DNA of 64,000 bases, from the NCBI RefSeq assembly GCF_038025025.1, contig NW_027117350.1, positions 1-64,000 on the forward strand, read 5' to 3'. Both the position numbers and the translations under genes were made by a program. The stretch's first letter is position 1. Each line of letters starts with the position of its first letter. The stretch comes from Phyllosticta citribraziliensis (lineage: Eukaryota). The notes under the pieces were generated by a model that saw nothing but the letters and a program-made list of their open reading frames with translations, did not search any database and was not told the DNA's origin. Positions 39,400 through 53,619 of this stretch are shown in pieces.

Positions 39400-42300
39400 T
39401 AACTAGCTACCCTTATATAATATAATATTACTATATATATATAACTAGTATAGTACTATAGATTAGACTAAAGAGATCTAATAGCCTACTATAACTCTAA
39501 AATCTTTAGAAGTAAAACTAGATAAGCTCTAAGATATATTCTTTAAATAATAGAAAGTATAGATAGTAAACCTTACTATAATAAATAAAGAGGTTAATAA
39601 GTAACTTAAGAAGCTTAATATATACCTATCTATACTTAAGATAAATATACCCTAAGGTAGAGGTAGGGTACTATTAAGACTACTATAGCTATAGGAAGGG
39701 GACTATTTCTCTAATAAAAATTAGAAATAGAGATACTAGGAAAGGTATATCTAGTATAAGATAGAGAAGCTACTCCTACTAAATTCTCCTCCCTTTAAAA
39801 ATAGGGATAAAGAGGATAAATAATCTATTACCTTTTATTTTATTCCCTTATAGAGTATAGGAGATAATAAGGAGTATAACTAGGCCTTAGCCTTAGGATT
39901 ATATATAGAGAGGATAACCCTATACTTCTATCTAGATAATATTAGTTACTTTAACCCTAATCTACTAGAAGAAGATATTAGCTATAGAGATAGTATAATT
40001 AAATAAGGGAAGGTCTTATATTATACTATAGAGTAGTTTATTAATAGTACCTTAATAACTTATACTACCTATAGAGTAGATCTAATCTATATTAATCTAT
40101 AGAAGTACCTAAAAGAATTATTAAATATATAGTATACCTCCTAACTTATAGAGGAAGACTAAGCTTTTATATATACTAGATATAGTATTAATAATTAGAC
40201 TTTACTACTATATAAAGACTTTAGTATAATATAATATAAGGCTATTAAAGTACTAAATAGAGTATACTTTAGGCTCCTAGAGGTCTATACTAAAAGTATA
40301 AGGGACTTTATTATTACCTATATATATCTAGGATAAGCTACTAGTTTCCTTACTATATATAATTAATTAGTTAATACCTATATATATATTAACCCTTACT
40401 TCTAGTAGTAGATCCCTAAACCTATAGTAAATACTATAATCTAAGTATTTATTAAGAATATTAAGAGTTACTAGTAGACTTAGAAATATCTATCCTAATA
40501 TTTTAATATAACTACTACTAGTAAGGTATTCTTCCCTAAGGGCTAGAATTAGGGATATACTTTAATATAGACTATTAGCTAGCCTTTTAATTAATCTAAT
40601 AGAGTATACTTAGTATCCTAGTATAATATAAGTACTAGGGGACTAAGTAATATAAAATAGGTGATCTACCTTAAGTAGGGTATACTCCCTACTCCTAACC
40701 TAAAAGGGTCTAGTTCTAGGTCCTACTTAAAGCCTAAGGATTATTATAACTATAACTATAACTATAACTATAACTATAACTATAACTATAACTATAACTA
40801 TAACTATAACTATAACTATAACTATAACTATAACTATAACTATAACTATAAACTAACTATGTACATATAATACTATACCTAGGATAGTTCTAAAGGTAAG
40901 TATAAGGATACTAATAAGGGAAGTAAAGATACTTAAAGTAATAAGGATACTAGTATAGAGACCTCTATAACTAATAAGGAGAAACTATAGTTAAATAATA
41001 GTAAGCCTATAATTATAATAGGAGCTAATTACTACTCCTAGTATAGATATATACTTATCTAGGATAATACTTTTAACTATACTTCTAGTAATAATATAAT
41101 AGTACTTAATCCCTAAAAAGTATATAATAGCTACTAGATAAGCTTCCCTTTTAAATATAAGTTATACTAGTACCTAAGGGATACTAGTTTTAAATATAGT
41201 TTAAACTAAGTAAGTATTAAGCTACTTAAGAACTTAGGACCTAAATAAAGTACTATCTAATTAGTAGGTAACTAGTACCTAAAAGCTATTAGGATAATAG
41301 AATTAAGTAATATATTATCCCCTCTTAGTATATCCCTACTCTAATAGTTATAGTCCTTTAATAGGTATTAATCTTTCCTCTTAGCCTTATAGTATAGGTA
41401 ATATAGTACTATAAGTAAGGTACTTCTATACTTAGTTAAAGATACTATTATTAAATAGTCTACCTTACTACTTTAGGGTTTAATATAGTTAATAGTAAAT
41501 ATAGGAAGATAAAGGATAAGGCTATAGTTAATATAGAATTAAAGGTACTAATCTTAGAATTATCTATAGCCTTTATAGGATTTAGTATAGGAGATAACCT
41601 ATCTCTATTTCTTAAATATTAATTAATAGAGATTAGTTTTAGGCTAACCTTTATAGGAATAATAGATATTAGGTACCTTAATATAGGCGCCTTATTCTTA
41701 ATAGTAAATAGAATATTTTTAAAGGAAAAGCTCCCTAATATTAAGGTAATAATACTTAAGAAACCTATAATTATTACTAGAGTAAAATATAAGATAGAAT
41801 ATACTAATTATATAATACTTCCCCTTTATTTATCTAGATAAACTAAGGTAGGATAGGCTCTTAGCTTTCTTCTCTATTATACTTAGATAACTAATAAGTT
41901 AAATATCCCTCTACTTATAGGAAATAACCTCCTATATCCTAAAGGGGTAATTATTAATATTAGTTAGAATTAAATAATATAGCTATATATAGGGCCTAAG
42001 GAACTAAATACTAGTATAATAACTAAGCTATTTTCTACTCCTATCTATTAATATATATATATTATAAAGAATATAATAATACCCCTATAATCCTAGATAA
42101 AGCTATTTATTAAAATCCTAGAACTAGACCTCCTTTACTAAGTATATAAGTTCTATCCTAATAAAACTATATATCCTATACCTTTCCTATAAAAGAGAGG
42201 TACCCTTTATACTATAATTACTAGTATAGATATAAACTAGATTATTACTAGAAATAACTTAGATTAATCTCTTATAATCTCTTAAAATATATAGCTAGGT

Positions 42301-45300
42301 AGTATTATTATAATAGAATTTAATAGGGTATACTACCTTATAGATATAGAATATAGCCTAGCTAGTTTAAATCCTATTATCCCTATTATAGAGGAGGCTA
42401 AGCTTAATAATAGTATTATTATATTTAGAACCCCTAAGGTCTAATTACTATACTAGAAACTAATAGATTAGTTTTAAAACCTCTTCTATAACTTAAAGAG
42501 ATTTATTAATATTCTTAAAAAGGATTAAATAAGGATACTATTAATCTTAGGCTAGTATAAATATTTTAAATATTAAAGACTATATCCTATATCCTAAAGG
42601 GACTATAAATTCTAAGATACTATACTTAACCCTATATATAAATAAGGAAAGATAGAATAGGTATATAGAGATACTTATCTTAACTTCTCTATATTTATAG
42701 TATAAAAGCTAGTCCCTAGAGAGAATAGGACCCTAGAGTAGAAAGAATAAGTAGTTATAAATATATAAGCCCTTAATACTATTAATAAGAAGGACTTATA
42801 GCTACTCTTCCTAGCTATTAATATTATTTCTAATATCTAGAGCTACCTCTATATCTTAATAGTAGATACTATCTCTTTTTTCTATTAATAATAGATCTAT
42901 TCTAATAATTAATATAAGCTAATTATACTTATCTACTAGGGTACTAAATAGTTAAATATAGCCCTAATAGGATACTATAACTCTATATAGTATATATAAT
43001 AGTAATATAATACTCTTCTTTAGAACTACTATATATTTATATAAATATATATTAATAAAATTACTATTTTCTCTAAAATATTAGAAGAATACCTAGATTA
43101 TCTTAAGAAAGTATTTACTATCCTTAATAGTATAAATATAAGTCTAAGTACTAAGAAGTCTTAATTAAGGTACCTATTTATTATACTATTAGGATAATAG
43201 GTATCTAGGTTTAGTATTATAATATTAGAAGCTAAGATCTAAGCTTTAAAAGACCTTAAATTTCTAAGGACTCTTTAAGAACTAGAAACCTTTATAGGGC
43301 TTATTAAATAGCTATAGGATAACTATCCCTACTATATATAACTAGTAGAACTACTAGAAGCTATAAAGATTATACTATTATAAAGTACTTCTAAGGATAA
43401 GTAAGTATATTACTAATATATAATAGTATAGGTATTACTAGACTCTCTAGTATTAGTAGTATTATTTAAGGCTATATAGATAACCCTTTATAAAATATAA
43501 TAGTATTTTTACTATATACCTAAAAGACCCCTCTTTATAGATATAGATACTAGTAAGGAGTTAGGTTTTAGTATAATAGCCTACTATATAAAAGGTAATC
43601 CTAAACTAGTTATAGAAGACTAGACTCCTACTATAAATATAGAGAATATAGAGGGTAAAAACCCTACTATAAATTAGCTAAAGAAGGCTAAGGACTTTTT
43701 AAAGTAGTTTATTAAGTTAATAGCCTTTTTATCCTAATATCTTTTAGAAGCTAAGATAAGATACTAGACTATTAAATTTAAAATAATAGGAGTTATTTAA
43801 ATAGTTAAGAAATTATAAATACTTATATAGGCCTCTAAAGATACTTAGGTATTTATTAACTATTTAGTAGTTACTACTATTATATACTAGCTATACTTTA
43901 GAAACTCCTAATCTATAGAGTAATTAAATTTATATCTAATATATACTAGCTAATATCTAAGCTAGTATCTATTAAAGGTATAGTACTAGCTAGGGAGGAA
44001 CTATATTATCCCTAATATACTAAGCTAATTATTATCTAAGGTAACTATAGATATAGATAATATCCTTAATAATATAGAATTCCCTAATAATAAGGACCTA
44101 GTTTAGTATATCTTAAAAGGTAGTAATACTACTACTTACTTCTATATAGTATTAGTAGAGCTCTTTAATAGATTTAAGTAAGAGCTCTATATAGTATATA
44201 GTATTAATATATAATAGGTAAAGGTACTCTATATTTTAGAGTAGGCCCTTAAGTAGTAGTAGAAATATAACTATAGGCTAGTAAGCTCTAAGATAACTAT
44301 AGATTAACCTATTAATATAAACCCTATACCTATAGGACTATAGTCTCCTATTACTATAGTAGAGCCTATTCCCCTTACTAATATAGAAGAAAATAAGGAC
44401 CTCTATAAAGGACTAGTCCCTAGTTTATACTTCTTCCTATAAAAAGGGTTAATCTACTTTATAGACTACTTAAGAGATTAATAAGAATAGCTATATATTT
44501 CCTAAAACTATAAGTAAGTAGTATTTAAATAAGCCTATAATTAGTATTTCTATTAAGGTATAGACTAATATATAGATTATATTTATACTTACTACTATAT
44601 AAGGTACCTATACTAGTAGGTATAGGTATATATTAATTACTATCCTAATTATTATATTAACTAAATACCTTAATATAAACCTAATAAGTTAATAGTCTCT
44701 ATTATAGTAGTAAAGGTCCCCTTCTTTACTATATATATTAATTTTATTACTAAGCTACCTATATATAGTAAAGGGGGTTTTAATATACTTTTAATTATAA
44801 TCTATAAATTTTCTAAAGTAATTTTACTAATCCCTAGTTAAGAGACCTAGACTATAGGTAATTAAGAAGGTTTATAGTTTAAAGAACTTTATAAATATAG
44901 GTAGGGTCTACCTTCTATTATAATTATAGACTAGAACTCCTATTAGTTAGGGTAATTTATAAGTAGTATTTTTAAAATAATAAAAATTAATCTAAATACT
45001 ACTACTACTTACTATCCCTAGATAGATAGGTAAAATAAGTATACTAATTAAATAATAGAAATTACCCTATACTTCTTTATTATAGCTAACCTTAATTAGA
45101 GTTAGATATATACTCTCCCTTATATTTAGGGGACTATAAATTCTTTCTAAAATACCTTAATAGGATATACCCCCTATAAAATCTTATATAGATTTAACCT
45201 ATAAGATAATAGGTATAACTAGGTAGAATCTATTAAGAATATAGACTTAAAAACCCTCTATTTAAACTACTATACTAAAGCCTAAGAAGCCCTTACTTTT

Positions 45301-45790
45301 ATAGTAGTAGTATAAAAGGAGTAATATAATAGTAAATACTATCTAGTCTAGTTTAAACTAGGGGATAAGATATATTTATAGTTATATTATAGTTATAAGG
45401 TATATAGTAATCTACTATAAAAACTCTAGAATATATATATAGGACCTTATAAAGTAATATAAGTAATTAATATATAGGCCTATAAATTAGCTATTCCTAG
45501 TAGCTTAAAGATTTATCTAATTATTAATATCTCTTAATTAGAAAAGGAAAAGGATAGTCCTAACCCTTTTAAGTATAATACTATATTAGAACTAGGACCT
45601 ATTATTAATACTAATAAGTTAGTATCTAAGTATAAAATCTTATACTTAGTAGATAGGTATAAATATTATAGGACTAGGAAACTATAATACTTAATTAACT
45701 AAAAAGACTAGGGGCTATAGTATTAAGTATAGTATAACTTAGATAATTTAAAGGGGGTAATAGATCTTATTAGAGAATATAATATAAGGT
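39400..45790 (+). pseudogene. gag-pol remnant of B2
   Basis: RT region at ~42500-43300. Chromodomain YLIN*KD*GL*Y*V*YNLDNLKGVIDLIREY (de-RIP YLINWKDWGP.H..WY) at ~45688-45780. Confidence 0.85.
40745..40846. repeat. (TATAAC)17 microsatellite in B2 gag
   Basis: Read directly; in frame with the gag remnant. Confidence 0.92.
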
Positions 45791-46199
45791 TAAATAAGGA
45801 GATAATAGTAAAGCTAGACTAGTATAGGCCTTAATAAAAACTAGGACTATTTTAATATACTACTATTATACCTAGGGATCTAGAGGAAAATAATAATATA
45901 GATAATCTACTACCTACTAAGGTATATAATAAACTACTATAGGATAAGCTATTATATAATAAACTACTATATATACTACTAGAAATAGTTATCCCTATAG
46001 TACTAAAGTAGTAAGGTTATCTACTAGGTATAAAGAATAAGGAGAAAAAACTCTAAATTACTAAAAAAGAGTACTAAGTTAGTACCTACCTTATAAAGGG
46101 AGCTAATATAGTATACCTAAGTACCTCCTAATAAAGGGAGGCCTATAAGGATATTACTACTAAAAATATTTTATATATATAAGTATTACTAAGTAAGAA

Positions 46200-49090
46200 G
46201 AGGATTATATATTAATAGAGTAACTAGTACTAGCTATAGTATATATACCTAATTAATACTAGGCCCTATAGAATATTAACTTATAACCCTATACTAACCT
46301 TACTATATAATCTTATTAGTAATATAAATATATAAACTACCTAAGAGACTAATATAGTTAGCCTTTAAATTATAATAGGAATAGACTTACTAGTACTACC
46401 CTAATAAATATTACTAACCTAGAAGAATAGTAGAACCTTTTATATAATAACTATAATATAGTACCTAATATAGGTATAGTCCTACTAGTAGATATAATAC
46501 TAAATAATACCCCTACTACTAGTAATAGTATACCTACCCTTAAGTAAAATAATACTATTCCTAGGCTATAAGTATAGAATAACTACTTTTCTCCTAGTAC
46601 TAGTAAGTATTTATAATAGGATATACTAACTAGAGTTACTAATAATATAGAGATAGTAGACCCCTTTAAGACTAACCTATATACTAGTACTATAGTACTA
46701 ATAATAGATATAATAATAGTAAATATACTACTTTCTACCTCTATAACTATATAAGGATATAGTATATTAGGAGCTAGAGGCTTAGGATACTAAACCTATA
46801 GCTTCTATTAAGGTAATAATAATAGTAGTATACTAGAGATATATATAAGGGAGTATAATACTAATTATAGTAATAAGTATAAGTATAAGTACTTTACTAC
46901 TAAAGAATTAGAGAAGGATACTAAGGATAAAAGAATATAGATACCTACCTTCTTACTAGAAACTATACCTTAATCTAGTCTTACCCCTAACCTAGCTATA
47001 AGCCTTCTTACTCTCTATAATCTTAGTTTAATATAGACTCCTTATAACTTTAGTATAGTTAGAGTAACTCTATAAATTAAGGTAAGCTATAATATAGTAG
47101 ATATTACTAATATAGACCTCTAGGCCTAGAATTTAGCTATTAGGAAGTAAATTTACTACCTTATTAATACTTCCTATAATACTAATAAGATTATTATAAT
47201 TATAATTTAATATATACCCTTAGCTCCTAATAATAATATAGACTTAGGAAAGGAATTCCTAGATACCCTAATATTAAGGCTAAGAAAAGAAAAGGTAGAA
47301 CCTAAGAGACTAGCTATACTATAGAAGATAAAGAAAATAGGGAAGACTACTAGTATATTAAATATTATTATATAATTAAAGAAACTAAGGGGTATACCTA
47401 ATATTATACTAGATAAACTAGTAATAGTTAGTCTATAAGGTAAAATAGGAGACTAGTTATTTATAAAGGAAATTATATACTATCTATTCTATAACCCTAA
47501 GACTTTTATAGAGTATAAATAGGACTAGGATACTATATTCCTTATAAATACTAGTAACTTTCCTATTATTAACTATATTTTAGGTATATTTATTAAAGAT
47601 TAGTACCTTTTCCTATCTAGTATAAGCCTATCCTCTATAATAATAGGTATCCTCTACTACTTAGCTTATTAAGTAATAATAGATCTAAAGTTTTATAACC
47701 TCTACTAACTCTAGCTATTTTACTATAAAGATAGAGGACTAAACCTATATTATTACCCTAATAAATAGGCCTTATACTACTAAGATAAGGATAGTAAGAT
47801 CTAGTATATAATACTAATAAGGTAGTATAGACTTATTAGTAGGGAAGGCTATAATAAGTATATTAGTAGGAAGAAGCCTAGTAACCCTAATATTAATAAG
47901 ATATACCCCTAGATAATAGGAGGCCTTACTATCTATAGTTATAATAGACTACTTTTCTCTATATATATAGATATCCTAGTCCCTAAGACTATAAAGTAGT
48001 ACCTTTATAAATAAGAAATATAGAATAGAGAAGACTATTATACTCTTATAATAGACTATATAATAAGAGGTAATATACTATTAATAGAGCTCTATATATT
48101 TACTACTACTCTTATAAAAAATAGGAATAAGTAGTCTATAGGTACTAAGTTCTATATTCCTAGAGTAGAAGTAGATTAATACTAATATAATAATCCTATT
48201 AATAATAATAAGGTAGAGCTTATAGAGATACTTTAAGATATACCCCTTCTTAATAAGGATATAATATTATAGGATAAAAAATCTAAAGGTCTAGATAAGC
48301 TTACTTTATAGATTTACCTAGACTACCCTAATTATACTATATTTATAGTAGATACTAATAATACCCTACTTATAACTTAGGAGAAGCTACTTTTAGGTAA
48401 ACCTAATAATAATAGTAATAATATTAATTCTAATACTAGTATAAAAGACCCCTTAATCCCTAATAATAGTCCTACTAACTATAATAACCTTACTAATACT
48501 AGTAAAGCTACTTCTCTAGGATACTTAGTAAACTATATAATCTATTAATATCCTAATTTAGATAAAGTAGGCTCTCTCTATTAATATATAGATCTAATAG
48601 CTATACTTCTTATAATAGAACCTTACTAAGCTATATACCTTATTATTAGAGGAATTATCCTTAATAAGTTTATCTCTTATATAGTAGTTAAGAACCTTAC
48701 TTTCTATATAGGATTAAACTATCTAATCTAGTATATTAGGGAGGACCCTTTAAAATACCTATAAATTACTAGGCTACTTACTTTATAGCTACTTATACTA
48801 TATATACTATAAGATATAGATAGTCTAGAGTAATAATTCCTAGGTACTAATATTAGGTTTATTAACTAGTTTATAGGTTATATTCCCTTAGGATACCTTT
48901 ACCCTAATTTCTATATAGATATAGGTATTACTATATATTATATACCTATACTAGGAGAGGATAAAAGTAGTTATAGTACTAATATATAGAAGAACCTACT
49001 TATCTAGTTATTAGCCCTACCTTATAATAATAATATAATAGGTAGTAAGGACTAGTTTAATATAGATAAAAATAGAGAGGCTAGTAATTA
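46200..49090 (+). pseudogene. ORF3 of B2 (~950 codons, unknown product), sense to pol
   Basis: One frame (codon starts at positions divisible by 3) reads as protein wherever I translated it. A hand count over 47821-48120 gave 5 stops in this frame and 12 in a neighbouring frame. Confidence 0.6.
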
Positions 49091-49230
49091 AATATATCCT
49101 AGTATAGACTTATTTCTTTCTTTCTTTACTTCTTTTCTTTCCTTTCTTATCCTAGAAGGAGGATATTTTATAATAGGTAGAGGAGGATAGTAAATTCTAA
49201 GTTAAGGATAACTCCTTTTTTAGCTACTAC

Positions 49231-49402
49231 TATTATAGTCTATAGATAGTTAGGGATACCTTAGATAAGTAAGGCAGGTACTAGCTAGTAGGCTTAGTAG
49301 TATAAGTAAGTAGATAGAATAAGTAGGGCCCTAGGGCTAAGATAGAAATAATAATAATATAATTCTTACTTAAGAAAAGATATCCTAACTAAACTTATAA
49401 TA
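49231..49402 (+). repeat. 3' LTR of B2 (172 bp)
   Basis: Reverse complement of 20149-20321. Confidence 0.92.
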
Positions 49403-50007
49403 CTAAGGTATTACTAAAACTAGTAATAATAGAAGTAGAATTAATAAATATATATATATATCTTAATAGTAGACCTTATTACTATAGTTAATAGAGTCTC
49501 CCTCTAGAAAGTCTTAGGTGCTTAAGTAGGGATTAAAATAGCCTACTTCCTCTAGTTAGAAATATAGAGTATTTATACTACTAAGCTAAATTTATTATCT
49601 CTATATATAAGTAGTTTCTATATTATACTAGGTAGTCTATACTATCTTAGCTATATAGTAGAGTTCTATAGTATTATAGTAGAGTTTAGATTCCCTATAC
49701 TTAAGTATATCTTTATAGGCTTATAGAGTTACTTCCTATTATTATATAGCTATAGATACTTTATCTATAGGGTACTTAAGTAGTAGGCCTTTATCCTTCT
49801 AAATTAATATAGGGAGTATCTCTTTAAGAGTATCTACTAATAACTTTTTTAATATATTAACTTAATATAGAGTAAATAGTTCCTTAACTATAAGTTCTAT
49901 ATTAGAATTAGAATTATTATTAGTATTACTAGTATAAAATTCTAGCTAGAGAATATCCTTTATTTCTATAGATATATATAGTAGCTAAGATAAGGAACCT
50001 ACTCCTA
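49403..50007. mobile_element. Unassigned RIPed repeat remnant between B2 and E
   Basis: Has the RIP signature. I recognised no motif and found no match elsewhere in the window. Confidence 0.4.
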
Positions 50008-50294
50008 TATTAGCTATTAAGGTAAGTTAGTATAGTTATTAACTCTATTATCTATTATATATTAATAGTAAGTAGCTATAACTATATAAGGCTTAAAGAG
50101 GTAAGTACTATATTTAGCTAACTAAAAGTCTAAGGTAAAGAGAAAAAGGAGAAGTAGTAAGTACTAAGAAGAAGGTAGAAATATAGTTATAGTAGGCTAA
50201 TTACTTAGCCTACTAAGTAAGTATATAGTTATATACTTACTTATACTAGGTTAGGTTCTAGTAAACTAGTCCTTATATAGGTATAGGCCTAATA
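50008..50294 (-). repeat. Probable 3' LTR of E (left edge uncertain)
   Basis: TATTAG...CTAATA terminal inverted repeat next to the PPT GTAGAGGGGGGGGTAG. Confidence 0.6.
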
Positions 50295-51329
50295 CTACCC
50301 CCCCCTCTACTAGGTAAAGTCCCTTAAGCTAGGAAGGTAGTAGTACCTAGTAGATCTCCCTTTAAATCTATCTAGTAAATTAAATTATCTAGAAGAGGTA
50401 GTTTATCTAGGTTAAGATAGTAATATTCTAGAATAAAGTTTCTTAAATAGATAAAATTAGTCTAAAGGAGCTACTAGGGATTAGTATTCTAGTTATCCTA
50501 GTTACTAATAAAGGTAGCCTTATATTAGATACTAAAGTACTTTATCTTATAAAAGTTAATAATCTTAGCTACTTCCTACTTACTATAAGGTTTATCCTTA
50601 GGGTTATTATAAGTAAGGATATTAGGGCTAGTAGGTTTAAAGATTTAACTAGGAAAAGAGGTAGGGATAAGGTAGAGTTTCTATAGATAGAAGATTAGTA
50701 TAAGGCTATTAATAAGCTTATCCTCTAGAATAGTAAGCTTATAGGCCTTATAGTTAATAATATATTTAATTAGCTAGGGGCTATATTATTTCTAATCTAA
50801 ACTTTTACTAGGCCTTATAGTAGAGAAGTCCTAAGTATTAATATAGATAAGGTCTCTAACCTTATAGTTTAGGTATAGGGCCTAGTATTTATTAGTATAG
50901 TAGGTATAGTCCTCTTATATAGCTTAAATAAGTATACTAAGTTACTAGTTAATAGTATAAGTCTAGGTAATAATATAGTTAGTATAGTTAATTTAAGGGT
51001 CTTAGTTAATATTTAGGAGTAGGGGCTTAATTCTAATATATAGGTTATATCTATAGTTAGTAAAGAATAGGGATATACTAATAGAGGAGTTAATATAGTT
51101 ATTAAGAGTAAACTTAATATAGGGAAGCTAGAATATCTAGTTATTTTAGTAGTAGTTAATAAAGGTATAGAGGATATTCTTAATAGATTTATTAGTTACT
51201 TTAGTCTAGCTATTAGTCTTAGGATACTAGGCTAAGGAGTACTTAATTTTAATACTATAATAATAGTAGATATAGTACTAAACTTAGATAAGTATAGTAC
51301 TACTATAATTATTAATAAATTCCTTATAG

Positions 51330-51752
51330 TGTTACGACTTGCAGATTTCTCGTTACATAGGTGAGGGCTAAAGGCGAACTGCTAGAGAATATATATGTGT
51401 CTTAATTAAATCTAATAAGTTAAAAGAATAAAATATAAAAGATACTTACTACCTATATATTTCCTAGTCCTTCCTTTATACTGTTCTACCTCTTATCCTT
51501 TATATAAGGGTCCTTAGTTATTATTAGGTGAGTTATAAAGGTAAGGTATTAATAGGCTATTGCGTGGTATCTTCCTAAGGCTGTAGTGGCTGGTGCTAGG
51601 CTGTAGTAGCTGGTACTAGCCTGTAGGTTTTAGCCTGAGCTGTGGTGGGCTACTACCTAAGGTGAGGCTTGTACTTCCTATAACTATATAATGCTGGGTT
51701 TATCCGTGCTGGCCCTGGTACTTATATAGGCATGTATATACCTATTGTGACA
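51330..51752 (-). repeat. 3' LTR of A2 (423 bp)
   Basis: TGTTACG...TGTGACA. Confidence 0.95.
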
Positions 51753-52543
51753 TGCCCCCCCTAAAGAGAAGCTAAAATTGTAGGAATTAGCAGCTATAGG
51801 CGCTCATATAGGTGCAGACTCATAATATATAATGGTGGTGATTTAGTAATTTAAGCGTTCTATACGCGTAGTATAATTATTAGTCTAGGTCTACTACTAT
51901 ACTATCTCTTTCTATTACTATCTCTTTTACTATATAACCTATAGAAGGTTGCCATCTTACTTAGCTATATCTAAAGCTCCTTATTAAAGTATGTTATTAT
52001 CCTAGTCTAATTTAGCTATGATCTAGTAAACTAACTGTTATATATGAAGGTTCTAATAATTTAAATAATTTATACCCTACTAATAGTAAAGCAGATATTC
52101 CTAGCTGCTATATGCTTAATATGTCTGCTACTTATTGTGGTCTAGTCTATTAGGACTTATTACTGTTATATAAGAGTTGTAGTATTAAGTTATTATTATG
52201 TAGTATTATTTGCGATCTGTTATAGTCGCCGCTTACTTAGAGAGCTGTTTTGGCTAGTAGTATCTATAAGGACTATTATATAGAGTCCTAAGGTGAGTAA
52301 ACTTTAATTCTATCTCTAACTGTTGCTAATTATTATCTAGGCCATTAAGTAGCGTTATATATCTAGGTTTTGCTGCTTTATTATCCCGTCTTGCTAACTG
52401 ATATAATTGTAGAGGAGGACACTTATATAAAGACTTAGTTAGGCTAGGCTTTACTTATTTAGCTAGGAATAGCTGTAGGCTTGTTACTTTACCTATAGTG
52501 TACTATAGTATTAGGTTCTACTTAATTAGTATTATTAGTTGTT

Positions 52544-53436
52544 ATGTAAGGTTTGTCGTCTATAGCTGTATAGCCTGCTACTAACCAGCCTATTATGCTG
52601 TATTACTACTAGTTTACTGTCGCGCAGCCTGTTTTAGAGGAAGAAGGTAAAGAGCCTACTTATATATGCTATTATTATAATCCTGTAGCTTATTAGGTTC
52701 TAGTAGCTAAGTACTTGCTACCTGCTACTTTATATAATAGTAGTAATAGTGAGATTCGTGTTATAGCGTTGCTAGTTAGCTCTAATAAGGCGCCTATTAA
52801 GTAGGACTTTAAGTTGATGCTTTACATCCCTTATAAGAATATAGAGAGTGTTATGTGAGTAAGTTTATCTTGCTAATATAAGGGATTCTTATCTAACTAA
52901 CTATATAGGCGCGCCTTAGTAGTTCTAAAGTATAAGAGCGCGCTAAGCGCATCTTGGCCTTAGGTAATAGTATGCCTTGCTTATATATTATAGTTTCTAC
53001 TTAGTAATTTAACTACTTATTAGTTAAAACTTAAGCTAGCTCGCGCGATGCTTTTCTTATCTAGTATACTAGAATTAATAACCCTGTTAGCTGTACTAAG
53101 TATTGTAATAATACTAATACTCGCGCGTTTATTAGTTATTGCCACCTGCCTGGTTTCTTATAGGGCCGCTGTACTAACTGCCTTTAGGGTATAGGTAACC
53201 TTAACTGTACTATAAGTGACTTAAAGGGTGCCAAGCCGCCTACTTGTTATGAGAGGCGTGAAGATGAAATTTGTATAGAGGAGTTCTAGAACTTATACTA
53301 CTAAGCTAGGTTAGAGGATTAAACTAATTAGGCTTTAGCTAAGTAGGATATCCTGTCTAATAAGCTAGAGGATCTAGAGGAGACGGTCTTATATAATAAC
53401 TATTATAATAAGAAGAAGGGAAAAGGAAAGAAGTAA
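52544..53436 (+). pseudogene. Antisense spliced DUF3716-like gene in A2
   Basis: Same structure as in A1 (offset 39120), with introns at 52293-52340 (GTGAGT..GCTAAT..TAG) and 52859-52908. Confidence 0.75.
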
Positions 53437-53619
53437 AGGGTAGAAATTAAAGAAGAGGATAGTAGAAAATAAGTAGTAAAAAGGAGAGACTAGAGAGCAG
53501 AAGTTAAGATTAATAGTATTTATATAAGGGTAGATAGTAAATTAATTAGTCTACTTTCTATATCTTTATAATATTTACTATAGGCCTAAGTGACTTGTTT
53601 TATTATTACTTTCTATTTT

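Larger units (their letters stand above)
38626..49402 (+). mobile_element. Family B copy B2, inverted relative to B1 and lacking the 5' LTR and ~1 kb of leader
   Basis: Reverse complement of B1 20149-~30865, with its 3' LTR at 49231-49402. Confidence 0.93.

Noticed and set aside
40745..40846. Telomere-like or CRISPR-like array
   Set aside because: The unit is TATAAC, not TTAGGG, there are no spacers, and it sits in frame within gag.
49176..49229. Element-encoded tRNA upstream of the B 3' LTR
   Set aside because: It is only ~54 nt with no cloverleaf, so at most a bulged hairpin.
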